From assembly GCF_006345805.1 (NCBI RefSeq), contig NC_043009.1, positions 71,920,001-71,984,000 on the forward strand: a stretch of 64,000 bases of DNA, read 5' to 3'. Origin of the DNA: Octopus sinensis (taxonomy: Eukaryota). A model generated the notes under the pieces. That model did not search any database and was not told the origin of the DNA. It saw only the letters and a program-made list of their open reading frames with translations. The translations under genes were made by a program, and so were the position numbers. This document shows, piece by piece, positions 54,453 to 64,000 of the stretch. How positions within the stretch are numbered: the first letter of the stretch is position 1; every line of letters starts with the position of its first letter.

Positions 54453-55887
54453 CAGCAGCAGCAACAGTAGTAGTAGTTGCCAGTGAAAGGTTGGTGGATT
54501 GATAAACTACTGAACAAAATGCCCTACAGTATTAACGTCTCAAGTTTAAATCAGCTTCACCTGCCGAAGAAAGAGCTGCACTCAAGTCCTGGTGTTGATA
54601 TAATTGCTTATCCTCTCCTACGAAATGCATGGATTCGTACCAGTATTAGAAACCATTGTTAATGGTAGCAGTAGAAGACAAAGTGGAACAAATAACAGGG
54701 GGCTGCACCAAGTGATTTTCTGTACCTAATTACCATTCAATCTTGAATAAAAGGTTACCCCCCCCCCCCACACACACACACCTCTTGTACTTAGAAATCA
54801 GTTCTTTGTATGTTTTGTCTTTTCTTTGTCTTTTTACACTCTGATGCAATGTTCTCTGGCTCCAGACTAATCTTGAGTTGATAAACACAAGTAAATAAAA
54901 CAGTTATATCTATGTTCTGAGTTCAAACTTTGCTAGAGTTTACTTCCCATCTCATCCCCCAGCCAGACACAATCAGAAATTATTACTTCAATTATTTCAG
55001 AATTACATACACTAAAATTATTCTTATGATAAGCCTTTCCGACTCTCTGAAGACTGTATGTTTGGAATTAGTTGTCTCACATTGCTGCCAGTAATGTCCA
55101 TTAATTGTCCCTTCCAAGTCTTACAACAACTCTATCAAGGTTCTGGCTTATCACGCTGCAAGAACCACATATCAGGTTTCAATTTCACTGCATTTTGACT
55201 GTGCAGATTAACAACACCAACCAGCAACATCACCTTATGCAGCAAATCTATCAGATCTGTTTAGCATAGAGATCAAAAAAGGAAAAAAAGTGTCACTAAA
55301 TTAGATACACATTTAGATGGCATTGCTATAAGCTGACAAGGCAATGCCTCAGGTGGAGTCACCAGGGTAAAAGAAAATGTAGGACAAGGATCTCTGGGCA
55401 ATATGATCTGAAGGACAAATTGTCATGATCACGATGGAGCTGGGGACATTTAGAGAGGCAGACCCAAGACAGAGAATTGGGAGATCATTAATGGTTTTTG
55501 CCCCATCAAAGGCCAAGGCCTGAGTGAGTGAACAAGAAAGGTGTAAAAAGTTTAATATTTGCAATTGAAGTGTTGATAAAAATGAGGATAGGTGAAGGTA
55601 TTTTTTTTTTTTTTATTTAACTTTTGTCTTCCCTGCTTGCCTGAACATTGCTCATAAGAGATATTGTTTGTTTTTAATTACTTTCCAGCATTAAATATGT
55701 TGACACTTGCTCCGCTATTGCTTTTCATATAAATGGTGTCTCTGAATCATTTCATTTTTCAATAATAAACTGTGACAGAGGGAGAGAAAGACAAGACATG
55801 AGAAAGAAAAGATGAGGGTTTTGAGTCATGCTGACCAATCTAAGTAGAATAATAACCAGTGTGTCTAGCTTGCTACAGGATGTTTAA

Positions 55888-56108
55888 CCCTTTCGTTACT
55901 GTATTTATTTTGAGATGCTCTGTGTTTCTTTCAATTACCTTAAATATAACAAAGAATTTAGTCAAATTATGTAGTTATCATTAAGCTAGTGTTAGGAACA
56001 TAAATTGTGACTAAGGTTTGGTGGATGATTTTAATTCAAAACTTATGGAAACAAGACAATTGTACTACAGAGCTAGAGGCGGTTTCAGCCAGGTTGGTAA
56101 TGAAAGGG
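55888..56108. mobile_element. piggyBac-like MITE (221 bp), second family
   Basis: TTAA|CCCTTTCGTTAC...GTAATGAAAGGG|TTAA. Confidence 0.8.
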
Positions 56109-56499
56109 TTAATACAATTCTAACAGGGTTTGAATGTAGTCAGTTAAACTCCATAGTGTGAATCATATAAGCGCAGTTGTAAAATCTATCAACTTCACTT
56201 CCTCACAAAAGGTGAAAGGAATAACTCTAGTGTTATTGTTTAACCCAAGGCCAGACCTGATTGTGCATACTGAGGATCACAGACATTCCAGTTGTGTCTA
56301 TCCTGGCTTTTATTCAGATATAAAGTCTTGAGGACTTACATTGTACAATAGGTCTTCCCTTTTATTAGACAGGAGGGTGTAATTTTGAGGCAGGTTTGGT
56401 TGGTGTTTCTAGCATGACATGTAATACCATAGAGGCCAACTCACTGCACATGTGTATGTGCAGAAGCAATACAGTTGAATGAACAAATTATTAAAGCAT

Positions 56500-57450
56500 C
56501 ATCATCATCGTTTAACATCCGCTTTCCATGCTAGCATGGGTTGGACGGTTTTGACTGAGGGCTGGCGAACCAGATGGCTGCACCAGGCTCCAATCTTCAT
56601 CTTGCAGAGTTTCTACAGCTGGATGCCCTTCCTAACGCCAACCACTCCAAGAGTGTAGAGGGTGCTTTTTACGTACCACTGGCACGGGGGGGGGGGGCAG
56701 TTTGGTGGTACTGGCAATGACCTCACTCGAATCTTTTTACACATGCCACCGGCACAGGTGCCAGTAAGGCGACATTGGTAACAATCATGCTCGAATGGTG
56801 CCCTTTTATGTGCCACTGGCACAGAAGCCAGTTGGCTGCTCTGGCAACGATCATGCTCGGATGGTGCGCTTGGCACCCTACTAGCACAGGCACAAGTGCC
56901 AGTAAGGTGACACTGGTAACGATCATGCTCGAATGGTGCTTTTTACGTGCCACTGTTTGTTGTTCTGGCAACAATCACACTTGGATGGTGCTCTTTGCAC
57001 CCTGCTAGCACGGATGCCAGTCATCGAATTTGATTTTGATTTTGATTTCACTTGCCTCAACAGATCTTCACAAGCAGAGTTTAGTGACCAAAGAAGGAAA
57101 AGGTACGCATAAGTGGGCTGGTTACGCTCCAGGCATAGGTCACAGGTTATGGTCGCATTTGGCTTGCCGGGTCTTCTCAAGCACAGCATATTTCCAAATG
57201 TCTCAGTCGCTAGTCATTTCCTTGGTGAGGCCTAATGTTCGAAGGTTGTGCTTCACCACTTCATCCCAGGTCTTCCTGGGTCTACCTCTTCCACAGGTTC
57301 CCTAAACCGCTAGGGTGTGGCACTTTTTCACACAGCTATCTTCATCCATTCTCGCCACATGACCATACCAGTGCAGTCGTCTCTCTTGCACACCACATCT
57401 AATGCTTCTTAGGTCCAACTTTTTTCTCAAGGTATTTACACTCTGTCTCC
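56500..57450 (-). mobile_element. RTE LINE 3' fragment with long 3' region and (GAT)n tail
   Basis: SVNTLRKKLDLRSIRCGVQERRLHWYGHVARMDEDSCVKKCHTLAV...GRPRKTWDEVVKHNLRTL, then internally repeated units and gttaaacgatgatgatg. Confidence 0.88.
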
Positions 57451-58190
57451 ACTCAGGTAGGTTCTGAGCAGAGCACTTCTTCCTATGATGCTTTATTTAA
57501 CTAATAGGAATGGATAGCAGACCCCCTCCTAATAGTATTGGCAATAACTCAGTACTTCTCTATTCCTTATACCAAAGCTAGGCTTTGTCTCTTGAAAGTC
57601 CCTCAGAATTTAGGAGGTATTTCTGTTAGTATTATATGTATCTGAACACAATATACTCTAATTTGATTAGCATCATTATTTGGTACAGGTGATAATTCAA
57701 TCTGCCAAGGGTATTAAGCTAATGAGGTGTTGTGGTTACTGCTGTTGCTGAGAAAGGGTTGGTAGGATTATGAAAATAGCAGACAAAATACCTTGTGTAA
57801 TTATGTTATGTGTCTACAAATCCTATTAAAGCTTATTCTGACTTTAACCATTCTAAGGTTGAATAAAATAATCATCAGGGTTCATTTAATCAAATCTCCT
57901 CTATTGCAAAATTAATGGTGTTGAGGCTAAGCTGTTAAAAAAACCATTCTCATAAGCAGTAGAACGGTGAAGTCACAGAAGCAGTAGAATGTTGTACTGT
58001 TGCACAGTGTTTGTATTCTAAGTTGAAATCCTGCCAAAGTCAACCTTGCTTTTCATAGTTCCACGATCGGCAAATAAGTACCAACCAGTTAAGTGTTATG
58101 ATTGTACCATTTATCTCAAGTGTTATATCAATTTTGGTTTTTGTATTTGGTTTGCATGATTCCTGCCGTAAATTCATGTGTTGAAACAAA

Positions 58191-58569
58191 ACTTGTTGTG
58201 TCTTAAGAGGGCCGTTATAATAATAACACATGCATTTGTTTGATATCACCTCTGTATAGTTAGTCAATTGATTAAATACCTAAGCAACCAACTTACTGAT
58301 TGTTTGTTTAATGTGCTCGTTAAACAATCAATCAGTTTGTTAGTCAAAGTAAAGCCTGAAGAGAAAACCTGTCACTAAGAAGGTTGTGAATTGCAACGAA
58401 AGGACTATGCCTAGCAAACAACTGATTGATTGTTTAACCAACACATTAAACAAATGATCTTTTAGTTAATTAGTTAAGTATTTAATCAACTGATTAATAA
58501 TAAAGAAGAGATATCAAACCAGTGTGTGTGTTATTATTAGTATAATGACTCTCCCAAGACCCAACAAGT
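58191..58569. repeat. Long imperfect inverted repeat (arms about 155 bp, 67-bp spacer with hammerhead-like motifs)
   Basis: 58191-58343 is the diverged reverse complement of 58411-58569. Confidence 0.85.
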
Positions 58570-60481
58570 GTTATATTTTTTTTATAAAGTGACCAGTAGA
58601 CATTTAAACAAAATTTCCTTGTGTTGTTGCTTGGATTCTTTCTGAGCTAACATGGTCACTAGTCTCTACTTGATTATTATGATAAGTGGCATGGGTTCAC
58701 AGAAAGAATGGAATTAATAACCTTATTCAGTGAATTGTCATCAACAAATGATTTCTCTGGAGCCACTCCTGGTAAGTCATGTTTGGTTTTTTTGACATTC
58801 TTGATGTCATTGTGGTACAGTTCAAGGAACAACATTTCTTCAGGAGCTACCTTTCTCTCACATATTAACCTGCCTTGACATGCCTTCTTCCATTCAACTT
58901 CTGGTTCTTTTACAGCAAATTTAAGTATTTTACACTTTTAGCAAAACACTGACTTACTGACCTTTCCTCTCTATTCACATGGTCAGAAAGGCTAGTATGG
59001 CCTATCCTATTTCACCTTTTGTTCAGGTTGCAATTCCGGCATTATAACACATGATGGTACCCAACCTTTATGTTGACTGTATTTATCAAAATCATTAAGC
59101 TATTATTATCATTGATGATGATTGGATGAAATGCTAAGCTGTTGCTATGTTCTGAGTTCAAATTCTGCTGAGGTCAATTTTGCCTTTCATCTTTTTGGGG
59201 TTGGTAAAATAAATACCAGTTGAAAACTGGGGTTGATGTAATTGACTCATCCCCACCTCCCACAAGCTGCCCTTCTGGCAAAAATTTGAAATAGTTATTA
59301 TTAATGATGATAATAATAATAATAATTTCAAATTTCAGCACAAGACCAGAGATTTTAGGGGATTATATTGATCCCAATGCTTAACTGGTACTTTATTTTA
59401 TTGACCCTGTAAGGACAAAAGATAAAGTTAACCAAGAAAGGATTAAAAGTCAAAACATAAAGAACTGGAAGAAATTCCAGCGAGCATCTCATCCAATGCA
59501 CTAAAATTCTTCCAGTTCACCAATTTAACAATAAGGTCATAGAGGCAGTAGGGAGGCATTTGCCTTTAATTAAATGTTTGGCACTGACAAAATTAGCATA
59601 TGGTAAGTAATGGAGTAAATTCGATCAACTTTACTTCTCTCCCCCGTAAACATTTGTGGTTTTGGTGAGAAATGCTTATCAGAACTAATTTCGAATTAGC
59701 AGAAACAATAATTCAGCAAAGATCAAACTCTTATTTGCATCATTACAATCAAGCCACATTTCTGCTATATTCCATGCTTCCAAACCTGGAATCCTTTATT
59801 AATAAGAATGCTTATTTAGGGAGCATTCTAATCAATGAGGATATCACAATACCACACACACACACACAGAGGAGAACAAAGAAAGACACCTCCAAAAGGT
59901 TATCAAAGTTATTGCAACTCTGCTGCATACAGCAATCACCTTATCACATACTTCATGTGACATTTTATTCTACACAGAATCCAGTTATAAACACATAGTG
60001 ACACTGCTACTTCAACATTATGAAAACTCATAGCTAAATATAGATGTTAAAACCACACATGTAATTCCAGGTCACTACATTGTTATGTGATGTGTGATGC
60101 GTGATGAATGATGAGTGATGTACAGTGTGTGATGTATGGTTGTCTGATATGGTGATGTGTGGGGATGTGGTGTGTGATGAATATTATATGATGCACGTAT
60201 GCATGTGTGTGTGTGTGTGTAGGAGAATATCTTATTCAAAGACTTCAGACAAATGAACATGGAAAGAAATATGGTTACCACATGAATTACACACACAATG
60301 CTAATGAACACATGATAAGTACCATATGTGCATATGTATATGTTCAAGTGTGAATACAAACACATCTATAAACTGCATTTACATATAATTTTTGACCAAT
60401 ATTCTCTGGTAGATATTGTAAAATAGCCACACATGACATACAGATCACATGTGAACATCAATAAAAACAAACACACACAAC

Positions 60482-60558
<77 letters not shown>

Positions 60559-60687
60559 GAAACACTGCCAGATCTGACTGGCCTGGTGCAGCCTTCGGGC
60601 TTGCCAGACCCCAGTTGAACCGTCCAACCCATGCTAGCATGGAAAGCAGACGTTAAACGATGATGATGATGATGATGATGATATACA

Positions 60688-61047
60688 TGCAGGCGTGGCT
60701 GTGTGGTAAGAAGCTTGCTTCCCAACCATACGGTTCCAGGTTCAGCCCCACTGCGTGGCACCTTGGGCAAGTGTCTTCTACTATAGCCTCAGGCTGACCA
60801 AAGCCTTGTGAGTGGATTTGGTAGACGGAAACTGAAATATATGTGTGTGTGTTTGTGTGTGTCCACCCACCATCACTTGACAACTGATGTTAGTGTGTTT
60901 ATGTCCCCGTAACTTAGCAGTTCAGCAAAAGAGATCCAATAGAATAAGTACTAGGCTTACAAAGAAGAAGTCCTGGGGTAGATTTGTTCAACAAAAGACA
61001 GTGCTCCAGCATGGCTACAGTCAAATGACTGAAACAAGTAAAAGAAT
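60688..61047 (+). mobile_element. SINE family B copy
   Basis: aggcgtggctgtgtggtaagaagcttgcttcccaacc...gactgaaacaagtaaaaga. Confidence 0.8.
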
Positions 61048-62607
61048 AGTATATATACATTTTGTCCCATCCATGCCAGCATGGAGAGTGGACGTTAAAC
61101 AATGATGATGATACATAAGGATCTCTATTTGTACATCCAGTGAAGAGATAATTCCTACTGTATGATAACATATGATAGTTGCTCCCCGTGGAGGAGCTTT
61201 GTAAAGCACGTTATAAGGTTATTACCCAGATATTAAATTTTATATATATATATATATACATAGACCCAGAGTTAGGGTTAGGGATGAGGTGGTGAAGCAT
61301 GATCTTCAAATGTTGGACCTCAGGGAGGCAATGACAAGGGACAGAGACCTTTGGTGATATGCCGTACATGAAAATACCCGTCAAGCCAAGTAATATCATT
61401 GTTGTGACTGATATAGGTGTCATATCAATGGCACTCATGCCAGTGACACATAAAAAGCACCCTCTACACTCATGGGGTAGTTGGTGTTAGGAAGGGCATC
61501 CAGCTGTAGAAATCATGCCAAATCAGATTGAAACCTGGTGCAGCTCCCTGGCAACCCAGTCTTCAGTCAAACCCATGCCAGCATGGAAAATAGATGTTAA
61601 ATGATGATACATATATATATGAAAATCATCATTCAACACCCTTTGTTTCATGCTGCCATAGGTTGAATGGTTTGAGAGGCTCCAATTGGTCCAAGAACTG
61701 CTATTGTGCCCCACTATTTACTTTGTCATGGTTCCTATTCCTGACTGCCCTTCCTAATGCCAACCACTTTACATGAGTACTGGCTGTTCTTTTCATATCA
61801 CTGGCACCAGTGAGGGCATCGTGCTGTGCTCACATGTCCAGCAAAATTTGATGGGAGGGGTGCATCTTTGTGTTAGATGAAGGGCTAAGGCACACACATA
61901 CACACACACACACACTCTCTCTCTCTCAAGAATTAATTAGTTCCTCCCATCATACTTTCACTTAACACCTCACCTTCTGCCTTCATTACACAGTGACCTC
62001 ATTAATCCTGGCAACATGAAAAAAGGTACCCAATAGTCTCTTTAAAGTGGATGGCAAATCAAGTACAGGCAAAGCAGGACTGAAAGACCTCTTTAGTCTT
62101 ACCAACACCAACACAATCTCTCTCTCTGGAGATTTGCTGTTACACACACACACACACACACAAAAAAAAGCTACAGCCAGGGCAGTGTAAAGTGGGCAGT
62201 GTTAGGAAGGGCATCCAACTGTAGACATGCTACCCAGACTGAGACACTGGAACAAGACATGGTCCTTCAACCCTTTAGATCCTGTCAAACTGTGCAACAT
62301 AAGCCAGTAGAAAAACAGAAGCATGACAATTTTATATAAATATATGCTGAAGTGAGACTGTATGACATTTATCCATTTCCCAAGTATAAATATGCTCCAG
62401 GTTGGCCTTAGCCATGATGGCTAAAACAAATAAGTGACATATGTAAAAGGAGTTCAATACAATCAGAAATTAAAACATGATCCCAGAATAAATGGCTCCT
62501 TGAGAGATAAACTCTACAGGGAACCATTTGATCCTAGACTTATTAGCTCTCTGGGAGACAATCTCTACAAAGGATCACAAATTTAATGCAAAAACAATTG
62601 TAATAGG

Positions 62608-62950
62608 GTATGATTGTGTGGTAAGAAGCTTGCTTCCCAACCACATGGTACTATAGCCTCAGGCTGACCAAAGCCTTGGGAGTGGATTTGGTAGGTGGAA
62701 ACTGAAAGAAGCCTGTCATGTATGTGTATATATATATGTATGTATGTATGTATATGTATATATTTGTGTGTGTATGTGTGTTTGTCCCCGCTACCATCAT
62801 CTGACATCTGATGTTGGTGTGTTTAGATCCCCATAACTTAGCAGTTCAGCAAAAGAGACTGATACAATAAGTACTTGGTTTACAAAGAATAAGTCCTGGG
62901 GTCGATTTCTTTGACCAGAACCCTTTAAGGTGGTGCTCCAGCATGGCCAC
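62608..62950 (+). mobile_element. SINE family B copy, 3' end abutting a fold-back element
   Basis: tgtgtggtaagaagcttgcttccc...gtggtgctccagcatggccac, then the inverted-repeat arm starts at 62951. Confidence 0.75.
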
Positions 62951-63215
62951 AACCAAGGAAGGACAAGTATCTCAAGTCATTTATAGTAATGTAATTAGGG
63001 CAAGGTGAATTTGAAGTCTTACAGCTGTTTCTGGGATATCCCAAATAATAGGCTAGCATGTCCGTACATACCTTGTCACTGACAACAGGATACCCAGTAT
63101 ATGGACATATTGGCCTATTACTTGGGATGTCTCAGAAACAGCTGTAAGACTTCAAATTCACCTTGCCCTAATTAAATTATCATAAATGACTTGAGATATT
63201 CGTCCTGCCTTGGTT
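62951..63215. repeat. Long inverted repeat (arms about 115 bp, 32-bp spacer) with a hammerhead-like core
   Basis: 62951-63066 is the reverse complement of 63099-63215, including a perfect run TAATTAGGGCAAGGTGAATTTGAAGTCTTACAGCTGTTTCTG. Confidence 0.9.
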
Positions 63216-63235
63216 TTTGTTGTCCTTTTCCTCTA

Positions 63236-63304
<69 letters not shown>

Positions 63305-63418
63305 GTGTTACTTGTCAAATGACAGGTAACTTTGGAAGTATACTTTTGCCATCATGGGTAACAGTCACTATCAATATTAAATATATATATAAATACACAC
63401 ATATATGGCTATCTAAAC

Positions 63419-63923
63419 CAGAGGTGGGGAAACACCCACCTGCAGGCACAATTGCACCCACAGGCTGGTATACTCATGTACGAAATATAGTAAACTTTTC
63501 AGTTATAAAATTTATACAATAATCGTATGCCTCTTTGCGACATAGGTAGCATTTCTATGATGATTTAAAACTGTTAGACTCAAGCAAAATCGTCCAGTAA
63601 TTGTCATTTGAATGGAAATTTTGTTTTCACTATAAAATACATATTGCTAGGTTTGTGTCACCTCCATGAGACCCAACTATGCTCTAACTGAAAAATAGAG
63701 AGAGTTCATAAGTAAAATAAATGTTCTAAATTCAATGGCGGTGTTAATGAAGATGTTACACATTAATTTAATGTGTTAAACTTATTTTTATTAATGTATA
63801 TTGAATTATATATAGATATATACAAGAGTTACACAGATATAAGAGTTAGAACTTGTGATCCACCTAAGGACCTTTTACTTTGGAAATTTTTGCCCATCGC
63901 ACTAAAATGTTTTGCCACCCCTA
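63419..63923. mobile_element. Probable hAT (Charlie-like) non-autonomous element
   Basis: Ends CAGAGGTGGGGAAAC and reverse-complemented TAGGGGTGGCAAAAC. Left flank ATCTAAAC resembles a hAT target, but the right flank does not duplicate it. Confidence 0.5.
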
Positions 63924-64000
63924 ACAAAGCTGTTGCTTTTTTGCTTCCACTAACTGTTTCTCAAGTTTACCCTTCTACTTCAACTCTTGCCGTGTGTGTG

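Noticed and set aside
58680-58915. About 75-codon minus-strand open frame (EVEWKKACQGRLICERK...)
   Set aside because: No start codon, splice context or recognisable domain; possibly a decayed TE.
33718-64000. Search for a KLHL8 promoter, 5' UTR exons or a second gene
   Set aside because: No CpG island, convincing exon chain or protein homology; cannot be located without transcript data.

Overview
AT-rich, microsatellite- and retroposon-dense animal genomic DNA. The repeat families and (TA)n/(CA)n load suggest a coleoid cephalopod such as Octopus (inference). The only protein-coding gene I can support is a minus-strand KLHL8 (kelch-like 8) orthologue. Five coding exons are visible with GT-AG ends: a 1.3-kb BTB/BACK exon at 32364-33654, a 22.6-kb intron, then kelch exons at 9575-9718, 7370-7481, 6821-6989 and 2782-2983. 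Splice phases and KLHL8 alignment require one more kelch exon of roughly 160 nt, which probably lies in the 100-N gap at 3463-3562. The last exon appears to lie left of the window. The rest is intronic or upstream sequence filled with tRNA-derived SINEs, RTE and Dong/R4-like LINE fragments, a maT/DD37D-type Tc1-mariner relic, Helitron and Helentron-like non-autonomous elements, piggyBac-like and hAT-like MITEs, and simple repeats. Most ORFs in the supplied track are microsatellite artefacts. The most interesting signal is three mutually unrelated long fold-back elements (41268-41407, 58191-58569, 62951-63215). Each has a degenerate hammerhead-ribozyme core (CUGANGA...GAAA...UA) in or next to its loop, consistent with Penelope-like retroelement termini.
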